Shown: positions 49,050 through 60,908 of the stretch, piece after piece
How the letters are laid out: each line of letters starts with the position of its first letter
Numbering within the stretch: position 1 is the stretch's first letter
Assembly: GCF_000143415.4 (NCBI RefSeq)
Contig: NW_003314274.1
Span: 2,772,623-2,836,622 of the forward strand
From: Selaginella moellendorffii
Taxonomy: Eukaryota > Plantae > Lycopodiophyta
Direction of reading: 5' to 3'
DNA: 64,000 nt
The notes under the pieces: generated by a model
Databases searched by the model: none
Seen by the model: the letters and a program-made list of their open reading frames with translations, nothing else
Told to the model about the DNA's origin: nothing
Translations under genes and position numbers: made by a program

Positions 49050-49461
49050 CGAAGGAGTTGACATCACAGCCAACGCTGTTCACCCAGGGTTTATAATGTC
49101 GCCTTTGATGTGGCACACATTCTACATAATGAGTTTGTCTGTTTTCGGTTACTTATGGAACTTTGATCTTCATGCAGGGTTTCTCAAGTTCTTCTCCAGC
49201 TTCCTTTGGAAAAATGTGCCACAGGTAAGAAGAATTCTCCCAATTATCTGGAAGTTTTTCATGACTAATATGTGAGTGATCTCTCAGGACGCTGCTACAA
49301 CGTGCTACACGGCTTTACATCCAAGCCTCAAGGACGTCACCGGGCAATACTTCGTGGATTCCAACAAATCCATCTGTAGCACTTATGGCAGAGATCCCGA
49401 GCTCGCTCACAAGCTATGGACCTTCTCCCAGGAGCTTATAGACAAGCATTCTCTGTCCTAA
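49050..49461 (+). pseudogene. Short-chain dehydrogenase (TIC32-like) 3' fragment
   Basis: EGVDITANAVHPGFI; KNVPQ|DAATTCYTALHPSLKDVTGQYFVDSN..LAHKLWTFS; two introns; no 5' part. Confidence 0.85.
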
Positions 49462-49577
49462 AGGTAAAAGGCTGATGGTGCTAGAGAGCGAGCGAGAAAA
49501 CGAGGACAACTTGGCAATGATTTGTGGATAGACTGTATTTACTCTTCTCAAAAGCTTGAGCTTGAGCTTGAGCTTGA

Positions 49578-49921
49578 TCAAAAGTAAGATGCGTTACCTA
49601 CATTGCGCATGACTAAAACTTTGGTTCGAGCATGTCGTCCATCGCGTACTTGACACCCTCTCGTTGGATTGCAGAGTCTTTGATCCCACCATATGGCTGG
49701 CTATCAACGCACATGCTTGGCGAATTGTTGAGGCAAACTCCTCCAGCTTGTGAAGGTCAGATAATCATCAAACAAACAATCAATACTTTATATATCTCAA
49801 ACGCAAAGCTACCTCTATGTGCTCAAATGCATAGAAGGCCTTGTTTAGATCATGCATAAAGATGCCGGCTTGGAGACCGTAATGCGTGTTGTTAGCTTCC
49901 TTCACGGCTTCCTTGAAATCA
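49578..49921 (-). pseudogene. Aldehyde dehydrogenase (ALDH21-like) 3' fragment
   Basis: Minus-strand translation DFKEAVKEANNTHYGLQAGIFMHDLNKAFYAFEHIE|AGGVCLNNSPSMCVDSQPYGGIKDSAIQREGVKYAMDDMLEPKVLVMRNVG. Confidence 0.85.
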
Positions 49922-49959
49922 CTGCATCACCACCAATGTATAAGTATGATAAGATAATA

Positions 49960-51015
49960 TTAGTACTTGGACCATACAAAGAAATTTGATTCATCATCAA
50001 TTGAAATTTACTTATATTAAACCTATCTATATACCATTCACGAATTTTCTGATATATTATAGTTCTAGCAAAAAGAAAAGGATTATATATCATCAAACCC
50101 TACTACAGCCCACTATAGAGTCAAACCTTACCATACATTTATCATTATATAAATTTTTAAGCCTTAATAAATTTTTTATAAAGCCTTAATTTTTAATATA
50201 AATAAATAAATATACAGAGAAACTAATCATAATTCAGATTAAGATTCTCTCTATAAAACATATACAAAATGAATGTTTATAACATATAATAGAATAGTTT
50301 TAAATTTACAAAGTCGTGTAAAAAATGCATGAACATAAATATTAGGCAAAAAGGGAATATTGAAGATAAATATTTTAAATATTTAAAGTTTTTTAAATAA
50401 AATAAAACATATAAAGGTAATACATTAAACTAACTATCATGAAATTAAAGAAATTTCAGTCTGAAAATATGTAAAACTAAACTCCATAACAATGTTTATA
50501 TTTTTAAATTTATAAATGTATGTATTTTATGTGAGTTTTAGATCAATATTTTTTAACTTCATTATATTTTAGTGCACTTAATTAACACTTACTTTAGTAA
50601 GTAGAAAAATTATAGTGTTGAATGAATCATCAAGTAATAATATCTCTTTATGAATTATATAGATTTCAAAAAAAAGAAAAAATTAGTTACCAAAATTCAA
50701 TCTCTAAATGACTCTTCTGGCCATGGGATTCCATAGTGAGGTATTCCATTTATAAAAGATCCAGGACTTCACTCATCAATCAGAGTTTTAAATGTGATAT
50801 AATGTTATGAGTTATATTTATTATGTTATGATGTGTGCTGGTGAGGGAGTCCATTGTAGATGGGATTTTATACATAAAGATTATATGATGTTTAATTAGG
50901 CATGTTATCAATATGATTATAATAAAAATTACAATTACAATTACAACTCTTCGAAATTACTTGGACATTACTAATAAACATGATACTCCCAGCATATCTG
51001 GGACTTTAATCACTA
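49960..51015 (+). mobile_element. Helitron family 1, 3' part (second copy)
   Basis: Homologous to ~35925-36941. Decayed hairpin CCCAGCATATCTGGG at ~50988-51002. Confidence 0.75.
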
Positions 51016-52811
51016 ATTTTCCTCCTAGCATTGATAATTTTATTACGCTATATTAAATATAGTAACATATACAAAATATAATAATACAATTATTTAAGTG
51101 CTAGATATAACTTTATTAAAAATATGAATCATTTTTTTAATCTATATCTGTTTATAATCATGTTTTCATTTATCTAATCATGGTTTTAATTAAAATAATT
51201 GTAATTTTATGCTTGAACTGGAATTTTCTACATTTTTATCTATATATAATTTAATATCCATTGGCTAGAGACAATCTTGAATAATATTGTTGCAATTTTA
51301 AAAGTTTATTAAAGCTTCTAAAGTCATCACATTCATAAGCTTTTATAATCATAACTTCTAGCATGATATCACCTAAATATAATCTTCATAAAGTGTAGTT
51401 TATTATTTTCAACTTTATTACTAACAATCTAGATATTTAATTGGGAGTTCTACAAATTTTTAACCTAAATCTCTTTCCATGAGAACTTCATCTATGCCAC
51501 TTTCTTTAACATTTTAAATTCTTAGTTGTATAAAATTTCTTCTATGTTTTTCCATCTCAAGTATTTTGTCTCTTCATCATTTAAATCCTATAGTAGTTAT
51601 CTTTTATATTATAAGGTACAAGATGTCTTACATACTCTTGATTTATTGGTAAAGTATTTTCTATATTATTGATGTATTAATACTTTTTATTTTATAAAAC
51701 AGCTAATAAAAATATTTTTAAAACTATTATTTCTATATTTCCCATAGAGTTGTATTTTTCCCATAAATGTTACATATAATTTTGCTCTATTTAGAAACCA
51801 TTAACTTTTATTATTTTAAAAACTTAATTTACCTTATGTTCTGATAGGGATTGAGATAATACATATACGGAAAAAGAGCAAGATCAAAAGATTTATGTAA
51901 ACCATATGGTTTATCTATAGAAAATAAATCATTGTGTAAATAAAGAGGCAAAGGATAAAACTCATATAAAGCTGTTGATAGATTTAAGTAAGGTTATGAG
52001 CAAGAAGACTAATTAAAAACATAAAAGATAGCTAATTTTTTAGATATTATTAAAAAATGGATTTGAGATTTATTTGTGTATGAGATATTTAATAGCAATA
52101 TTAGATACCGTGTCATATATGAGACATGAATTCATATTTTTATCATGAAGCTTTAATACAGATTTGTCTTAATACAAACATTATATCTCTATTGTAATTA
52201 TTATATTTGGATGAAGATTAGATATTAGATATTAGTTTGATTTAGAATCTAGAATGTAAACCATTCTCCACTGTTGGCTTATAAAGTTTAATATACATGT
52301 GGTAGCAAGCTAGATAGATTTATTTATGTATGTTTTAAAATGTAAAATTAGATACATAATAGAAATTCTATTATTCTTTAGTAAACTATGAATGCTAGAG
52401 GCATCTTTATAGTTCAGATAAAAATAATTTAACTCAGTATGCAAATAAAATTATAATTTCTCCAAAGTAAGCTATTATTTTTTAGTAGTCTATGATTCTT
52501 TGGTTTTGTGAAAACTCAATAGCTTTTCAAGCATGGCAAAAATCCTGTAGATGTGTTTAGTGTTGTGCACCTTTTCATAAAGGCAATAAGACATCAAATT
52601 CAAATTTAATGATGATAAAAAATGATCTTATATTCCCCAACTCCTGCATTATTATCTATTTCTATTATTGTGCATTTCTCTAGAGATGAATAGTAGAAAA
52701 TTTTAGATAAATCTAGCTTTATATATATTCAAAATTTCTAAAATTGTAAAATTAAAAAAAGAAGACTTTTATATCTTGGATATGCTATATCTCCCAGAGA
52801 TAAAATATATC
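51016..52811 (+). mobile_element. Helitron family 2 (second copy), interrupted by the Gypsy element
   Basis: Homologous to 46300-48350. Ends at tatctcccag with half the hairpin lost. Confidence 0.7.
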
Positions 52812-53272
52812 TGTCAGGAATCCCCCAATCCTTGCCACATTCCTGACTCTCGCCAGATTTCTGACCTGCAGACCACATTCCTGACTCTCGAGACACTTCC
52901 CTATTCCTGACTGTCAAGACACTTCCCGATTCCTGAGTCTCGAGCCACATTCCTGATGATGATGTGGCACCTCCTCAACCTCAGCTATATTTAGGCCGTC
53001 CTCGATCCAAGAGTGGTGGAGCTTCATCAACCTATAGTATATATAGGTTAGCCTTATTCCATTTCTCCACAATCTGAATCAACACCAGTCTAAGGCCTCT
53101 TCTTTGTTTTCACTAGCTTTTTCTCTTTGTCTTTAGCATTTTCCAGTCTTGATCTTGTTGGGGGTCTTGACAGTTTGATTCAGATTGTGTTTTTTCATTT
53201 TTTGATTTAGCTCGTTTTGATTGTTTGATTACCTTTTGCCTTTTTTTCCCCCTTTTTCCTTTCTTCTTGCTA

Positions 53273-54244
53273 ATGGAGTCTCCAAGCCATCCTGATTTCT
53301 TTGCTGAAGTCCTTGCAAAAATCCAGTCTGAGAATACCGAGCTGAAGGCGACCCTTCTTCGCATGCAGCAGGAGCTTGCTTCACTTTCGGCTCAAGGATC
53401 CAGCAAAGTTCCTGAACCGAAGGTGAGCTTCCCGGCAAAATTTTCAGGCAAGCGTTCAGAGCTTCGCGGATTCCTGAACCAGATGGAGTTGATCTTCGCA
53501 CTTCAACATCGGCGGTACCCTACTCCCAAGTCTCAAATCGGCGCAATTGGGACGTTGCTCGAAGGTGCAGCTTTGTCATGGTTTTCTCCTCTTCTGGAGA
53601 AGAGCATGAAAGGGGTCATGGTTCCAGAGCTGATGGATCTTCAATTGTTCAAAGAGAAGCTCGAAGTATGTTTTGGCGAGACGGATCGGGTTCGGGCTGC
53701 TACCACAAAGATGAGACGTCTCTCTCAGGGGTCTCGTCCTGCCTCGATCTATGCTGCAGAGTTCCAACTCCTTGCTTTGGACACTCAGTGGGATGAGCGG
53801 GCCCTGATTGACCAATTTCGTTTCGGCCTCAACAACGGTGTTAAGGATTTGTTGCTCACCATGGAGGATCCCAAGGACCTGTCGGATGCCATCAACAAAG
53901 CTGTTTAATGTGACAATCATCTCTTTGAACGTCGTCAGGAAAGTCACCGCGCCGCTGTTTTTCCGTCCCAGACTCAGGAATCCCAGCTTGAGTCTTCGGG
54001 GCATACTCCTGAACCTACTACTCCAGTTCCAATGGATATTTCTGGTACTCCCCGACTCATTAGAGGGAAGTTGAGTCCTGCTGAGAAGCAACGTCGAATA
54101 TCTCATAATCTTTGCCTCTATTGTGCTGATCCTAATCACAAAGCAGCTGTATGTCCCAAGAAGCTTCCTCGACTGCTCGAGTTCACTCTGCCTCAAAGTC
54201 CACCTCTATTGCAGTCGGGAAACAACCCTGTCCAAACAGAGTAG
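53273..54244 (+). pseudogene. gag: gag with zinc knuckle (premature stop at 53906-53908)
   Basis: PAKFSGKRSELRGFL; LSQGSRPASIYAAEF; CLYCADPNHKAAVC in the same frame after the stop. Confidence 0.9.
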
Positions 54245-54264
54245 GAGCTGTCTGTTTGGACTCC
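54217..54264 (+). promoter_or_regulatory. -1 programmed ribosomal frameshift signal (gag-pol)
   Basis: Slippery G GGA AAC (54217-54223) in the correct gag phase; 6-nt spacer; 11-bp stem GTCCAAACAGA/TCTGTTTGGAC. The protease ORF is in the -1 frame. Confidence 0.85.
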
Positions 54265-57200
54265 CCGAATAAAAATCACTTTTCTTCTTTATCAAGCTCC
54301 TCACCACCTTTCATCAAAGCCACCACCAATTCCCGCAACTTCCGTGTCCCATGTCTCCTTTCTTTCACCGGACAATCAGGACTCAAGGCTTTGGCGCTAC
54401 TGGACTCGGGTGCAACTTCCTGCTTCATGGACACGGACTTTGCTGCCCGACATCACGTTCCTCTTTCTCCTACAATACGGGATCTAAGGGTTGAAGGCAT
54501 CGGTGGGCATTTTGTGTCTCCATCTTCTGGACTTAGGGAAATGTTGCCCGTTCGAGTACACATTGGGTCCACCATCACCGATATCGCCTTCAACATCATC
54601 AATAGCAAGTCCTCCTCTGTGGTGCTCGGTCTTCCTTGGTTCCAACTACATCAGCCTCAGATTTGTTGGAAGGACTTACAGCTCATCTCTCCCACATCAC
54701 CATCTCCCACGGCTTCCCCTGCTGTTCATCGAGTCTGAATCAGGAAAAGTTCCCTAAACTCAAATCGGGGTTCTGTTCCTGACTCTACGAAGTTTTCACC
54801 CTCTTCTTTTTCCTCTCTTCCGTCTTACACTGGACAGTATCCTCATCTCATCATTCCATTTAGTCGTACACCTCCTCCTATCTCCACAATCACTATGCAA
54901 GAACTCCTTCATGAAGAACCTATTTTCCTTTTTGCTTTGCATGTTTTTCCTGTCAGTCTTCCTGAGAAGTATCATGATTTTGGGGATGTGTTTGACAAGA
55001 AAAAAGCTAGTGTATTGCCTGCTCATCGGCCTTATGACTGTCCCATTGATTTACAGGAAGGACCGTCGCCTCCGTGGGGGCCTATCTACGGGTTATCCCC
55101 GTCCGAGCTTAAGGCCCTCAAAGAGTATGTGGATGAGAACCTTGCCTCAGGGTTCATTCAGCATTCGCAGTCCCCAGCTGGAGCGCCTGTCTTCTTTATC
55201 AAGAAGAAGGATGGGAGTTTGATTACCCAGTCCTCAATCGATTACCAAGGTTTGAACAAGGTGACTGTTCGGAACCGTTATCCGCTGCCCCTAATCTCGG
55301 ACCTGTTGGAACGCCTCGGCAGTGCCCACTTCTTCACCAAGATTGACCTCCGTGGCGCATACAACTTGATCCGGATCCGGCCTGGTGATGAATGGAAGAC
55401 TGCGTTCCGAACCCGCTATGGCCACTTCGAGTACACTGTCATGCCATTTGGCTTGACAAATGCTCCAGCAGTTTTCCAACACATGGCGAACAACGTCTTT
55501 CGGGAGTTTCTTGATCAGATGGTGATTGTCTACCTCGATGACATCCTCATCTACTCAAGAACTCAGGAGGAGCATGACGAACATGTACGCAAGGTGCTGG
55601 CGAAGCTGCGAGAACACGGCCTATACGCGAAGCTTGAGAAATGTTCCTTCGATCAGCAGTCTGTGGAGTTCCTTGGGTACATTGTCACTCCTGAGGGTAT
55701 CACAATGGATCCTGCCAAAGTCAAGACTATTCTCGAGTGGGAGCCTCCACAATCAATGTCGGACGTTCAGGTTTTCCTTGGCTTCGCCAACTTCTACCGC
55801 AAATTCATTGATCACTACTCTGATATTGTCCTTCCCCTCACGCATCTCACTCGCAAGGATGTTCCCTTCTCTTGGTCTACTGCTGCCTAGCACGCCTTCG
55901 ATACTCTCAAGGCAGCCTTCAGTTCTGCTCATGTTTTGATCCATGCTGATTCCTCACAACCTTTCTTCATCAAGGCTGACGCCTCCGACTTTGCCATCGG
56001 TGCTGTGCTGTCTCAACTCAGAGCGGATCAAGAACTTCATCCAGTCGCTTTCCATTCTCGGAAATTCCAGCCTGCGGAGATCAATTACGAAATCCACGAC
56101 AAGGAGCTCTTTGCCATCGTGGATTCCTTTGGAGAGTGGCGTTGTTTCTTGGAGGGGGCGGGCCATCAAACAACAGTCTAGACGGATCACAAAAATCTTG
56201 AGTACTTTGCCACTTCTCGAGTTTTAAGCCGTCGTCAAGCAAGGTGGGCACAATTCCTGAGTCGGTTTGACTTTGTTATCAAGTACAGACCTGGAAAGCT
56301 TCAAGGCCTTCCTGATGCTCTTTCAAGGCGCTCCTATCTCAGTCTCAGGCCTGGTAATCCTGCCTTCGATCAACAAGATCAAATTATCCTCGGTCCTAAT
56401 CGGCTTCAAGTTATGGCAATTTCCCTAGCCCCTTAGGACTCCTCCTTGATGGATGCCATCAGAAACAATCTTCAATCCGATGATCTCGCCAGTGACATTT
56501 TCCCCCATCTTCAGGCTGGACACCCTGTGACTCCTGACTACCGGCGATTTGACGAGTTCGAGTTCTTAGATGGCTTATTATACCGTGGGGAGCAGCTTTA
56601 CGTTCCTGAAGGTGATGCTCGAAGGTTGGTCCTAATGGCGTGCCACGATAGCCCGACTGCTGGTCACTTCGGCATTGCGAAAACCTATGAGCTAGTTGCA
56701 CGGGACTTTTGGTGGCCTCACATAGACGCTACATCAAAGCTTTTGTTACCTCCTGTGACACTTGTGCCCGGAATAAGGTACCTCGCCACCTTCCTTCAGG
56801 TTTGCTTCGTTCCCTTTCGGTCCCTTCAGGTCCTTGGGAATCCATCTCCATGGATTTCTTGAGTGATCTTCCAAGTTCTGGAGGCTTCAACAGCATTTTA
56901 GTCGTGGTGGATCGCTTCACAAAGATGGCGCACTTCTTGCCATGTACCAAGGAGTTTTCGGGCGAGGACATGGCAAAACTGGTATTCAGGGAAATTTTCC
57001 GACTTCATGGGATTCCTATAGATGTGGTTTCGGATCGGGGGCCTCAGTTCATCTCTCATTTCTGGCAACGGTTTTTGCAGCTACTTGGAGTGAAGGCCAA
57101 CTTCTCTTCGGCGTATCATCCTCAAACTGATGGGCAGTCCGAGCGAACGATTCAGACGTTGGAACAATTCTTGAGGTGCTTCATCAACTATCATCAGGAT

Positions 57201-57995
57201 AACTGGTTCGATATCCTTCCCCTTGCTGAGTTCTTCTATAACAACTCTATTCACTCCTCTCTTTAAATTTCCCCCTTCTTTGCAAACTCTGGCCGAAATC
57301 CCCGATTCAATCTCTCACTTCCTTCTCCATCCGAATCCTCTCATTCAAATCCCCGCTCTGAGGCATTTGTCTCCAACCTCCAAGAAATCCACAACTCCAT
57401 CTCCTTCCACCTCCATCGTGCTCAGGAATCTCACGAAACATTTGCCAATGTCCATCGTCAGGATTGTCCCCCTTACAATATCGGGGATAAAGTTTGGCTC
57501 CTCAGGCGAAATATCTCCACCACCAGGCCCTGTCCAAAACTTGATTTCAAATGCCTCGGTCCTTTCCCTATCACTGCCATCATTAATCCTGTCACTTATC
57601 GCCTTGCACTTCCCTCCTCATATCAAATTCACCCCGTTTTTTACTCCTCTCTCCTTGAGCCTTATATTCCCAGTCCTATTCCCAATCGGGTCATTCCTCC
57701 ACCTCCACCAGTGCAGCTTGAGGATGGGTCTGAGTACGAGGTTCAGGACATCCTTGATTCCAAGATTTCACGGTCTAAACTCTACTATCTGGTCGACTGA
57801 AAGGGTTACGGGCCTGAAGAACGCACTTGGGAACCTGCGGACAACCTAATTCATTCTCCTGACCTTGTTTAGGACTTCCATCGCCGCTATCCTAGTCGTC
57901 CCAGTCCTCATTCTTTTTCTCCATCTCCCATCCCTCACCGCTCATCTCATCCTCCTCGTCGTTCTCATTCACATTCTCGTTCCACTCGTTCTTGA
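54220..57995 (+). pseudogene. pol: pol: protease, RT, RNase H, integrase, chromodomain; multiple stops and one frameshift
   Basis: ALLDSGATSCF; YLDDILIYS; ADASDFAIGAVL; H-H-C-C zinc finger; SDRGPQF; GPF; EYEVQDILDS..YLVD*KGYGPEERTWEP. Confidence 0.95.
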
Positions 57996-58368
57996 GGAGG
58001 GGGTGCTGTCAGGAATCCCCCAATCCTTGCCACATTCCTGACTCTCGCCGGATTCCTGACCTGCAGACCACATTCCTGACTCTCGAGACACTTCCCTATT
58101 CCTGACTCTCAAGACACTTCCCGATTCCTGAGTCTCGAGCCACATTCCTGATGATGATGTGGCGCCTCCTCGACCTCAGCTATATTTAGGCCGTCCTCGA
58201 TCCAAGAGTGGTGGAGCTTCATCAACCTATAGTATATATAGATTAGCCTTATTCCATTTCTCCACAATCTGAATCAACACCAGTCTAAGGCCTCTTCTTT
58301 GTTTTCACTAGCTTTTTCTCTTTGTCTTTAGCATTTTTCCAGTCTTGATCTTGTTGGGGGTCTTGACA

Positions 58369-59001
58369 ATATCAAGCTCTAAAATCAAGCTTTGGATATG
58401 AAAGCTTCTCTAGCAAGAGTCTCAGAATATAATTGAAAGGGGGAAGAATGCATGTTAGTCGTCATTTCTATTGTCACTTGAATATTCACAACAACAGAAT
58501 TATAACTTGAAATTTTGTACCATATTAATATATAACTAATTTATAGATACTTTCAGTTTAATTTAGATTTATTTGAAGCTATAATATAAACCAAAATATT
58601 TTTTAATCTAAAAATTCCCATAAAAATAAAAAGTTAAAAAAAATTTATATAAAAACTACTCAAACCTAAATATCCTAAGACTTTTAACCAATTGCAAAAA
58701 CTCTTGTTTAAAAACCTTTTTCCTTTATTTAAACTTTTTTGTATCTTCTAGAGAGTCATTCTTTTTGGTTGCATATAATCCACCATTCTTCCTTGGAAAC
58801 TCACAATGTAAATTTATACTACTATATTATAATTCATCTATAATTTATCATTTTTCATTTATCTGATAATTCTTTTATCATTTATCTGATAACAAATTAT
58901 AATACATCTGATAAATTTAACCTTGTATACAATAAAATTAGAAAAGAAGATCTATTTATTTTGGGTATGCTATCTCCCAGTGGAGCTGGGGTCTCTGCTA
59001 G
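58369..59001 (+). mobile_element. Helitron 3' region with intact terminus
   Basis: CCCAGTGGAGCTGGGGTCTCTGCTAG|T, with CTAG at 58998-59001. Confidence 0.8.
58650..58805 (-). mobile_element. Highly decayed Cassandra LTR plus PPT fragment
   Basis: tatcctaagacttttaaccaattgcaaaa...agtcattctttttggttgcatataatccacc aligns by eye with 9533-9670. Confidence 0.65.
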
Positions 59002-59339
59002 TCCTTCTATATTTAAAAGAGCAAGGGCGACATATTCAATCGAGATTCTTTTCAAGCTTAATGGTGGAGATGAAAACACGTGGGAAAAACAGTTGAGAGT
59101 GGAACGTTTTTATTTTTTTAAGGTAAACCAGTTTTTTTTCAATGCAATGGGCATAAGTCATTTTCATTTCCATCTTGCTGCATCTTCTGTTGTTTCTCCA
59201 GCTCTACAAACATGGAGTTATAATCTGTGACAAATGCTATGCTGTTCATTGAAGCATGTGAGCTTCTGTATCAAAGGTAAATGTAAATAATCTCTCTTCC
59301 CAATTTTATGTCCTTTTCCAACAGTTTATGTCCATAAAT

Positions 59340-59723
59340 TCCAACGACTGGACAGACAAAGGGGTTGAGCTTATGCTGTTTATTGGTGGCAATGCAGCTG
59401 CAAATGCTGCATACGAGGCCTTTGTTCCTAAATCTTGGTAAAAGACCCATGCCAGAATCATCCAATCAAGAGCAATTAGTATGAAAGACAAGAATTTGTA
59501 AAGCCATCTATGCGTTTGGCTTCCTCTTGTCAAGAATCGACATTATTTCAAGGCAAGAAGTTTCTTCTGTTCAATGCTTCAATTCTAGAGGTAAAAATTT
59601 TAACTGCAAGGTCTGCAAGGATTTGTTGGATTGATTCGAGTGCATGTAATAAAAGCCATAAACCTTACAGTGAGGGACTTCATGATTGGTGACCCTTATG
59701 TTGTTCTCACCCTAGGAAACCAG
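59340..59723 (+). pseudogene. ARF-GAP + C2 domain (ZAC/AGD11-13-like) fragment
   Basis: VELMLFIGGNAAANAAYEAFVPK; DPYVVLTLGNQ followed by a GT donor. Confidence 0.75.
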
Positions 59724-60009
59724 GTATGTGTCGTTCCTATTAATACAGCTCAAGCAAGTTGAGGAAGATTTGCGAAGCACAAAGGCAAAACATAAAGACT
59801 TTCAGAAGCAAGTTGTAAGAATCTCAAGAGAACTGAGTTTTACAACCATACACGTTTTATCAGCCCTTTCCTAAACCGGCCATAGTCTATTGTTTAGCAA
59901 GATTGGCCAAAGTTAATGTTATAAGCCTCATTATAATAAGAATCAAGCAGTGTCTACCTACTACCTTCTAAATCTCCTCAAAATCTGTGCATACTTGCAC
60001 ACATCTTGG

Positions 60010-60450
60010 ATAGGAGAAATCCCAACACATTGCAATGCAGTCCCGGCATGCTGCAAATTTGGAGAGCCAAGTGCTGAATTTCCTACAAAATAAAGAGTAG
60101 GATCTTGAAAGGCTTCTTGAATGTTCTTTCCTTGCTGCTCTACAATTACCTAGCATGCTAGGTGAAAGTCTGCAAGAATTCACCAGCAATCATCCAGTCT
60201 TGAGCATGTTGCTACCAACTCTACAGTCATGTACAGTTGACCAGCTTCTAGCTTTGTATGAGCACTGGGCCGTGGTGCAGGGATTTATCTGGGGAATCAA
60301 CTCCTTCAATAATGGGGTGTGAACTCAGCAATGTAAACTTGGCTTTCCATTATCTGAAACTAATTGAAAATCCAATCTTTTCAGGTGCTTGCATCCCGAG
60401 TTTGCATACAGATGAATGCTTCACAAACAAACGAAAGCCCATAGAATGAT
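60010..60450 (+). pseudogene. Cytosolic glucose-6-phosphate isomerase 3' fragment
   Basis: KFGEPS; [32 protein letters not shown]; frameshifted afterwards. Confidence 0.8.
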
Positions 60451-60639
60451 CTAAACATAGTTCACAATGCTGCTCAACAGTTATTTAAAAACTTGTTAAA
60501 AAAATAACAAAAAATATGGAATAACTTGTTAAATAATAAAAACAGCATTCGTTTTACAACCCTTCCACTTTTGCCAGAATATGTGGCTACAGGTACGAAC
60601 ACATACTACTCATCATGTTAATTGTGAATGAATTTTCCT

Positions 60640-60908
60640 TTATATAGCTTCCTCCTGATTGGGTTCAACGATCAATGGAGTGTTCTTTTTCATGCGAAAA
60701 TGGTGATAAAGTCTTTTTTGTGTTTGAAGAAAACAGTGAATTCATGTTTGAACTTCTAAACAATGACTATAGAAGTTTCAAATTCAAGACTGATACAAAA
60801 TGGCAAGAATTCCTGTGCAAACAGCAAGCAAAAGTAGGAGACATTTGTAAGATAAAATGTAAAGATGGACAGATTGTTGCAAAGATACATAAAATTAGAC
60901 AATGCTAG
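60640..60908 (+). pseudogene. Possible B3-domain-like fragment
   Basis: LPPDW...KWQEFLCKQQAKVGDICKI resembles the B3 GW..F.....L..GD motif; weak. Confidence 0.35.

Larger units (their letters stand above)
52812..58368 (+). mobile_element. Full-length Ty3/Gypsy chromovirus (Tcn1/Tf1-like), inactivated
   Basis: LTRs at 52812-53172 and 58007-58368 (TGTCA...TGACA; 6 substitutions and 1 indel by eye). TSD ATATC at 52807-52811 and 58369-58373. PPT GAGGAGGGGG before the 3' LTR. Domain order gag-PR-RT-RH-IN-chromo. Confidence 0.97.
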
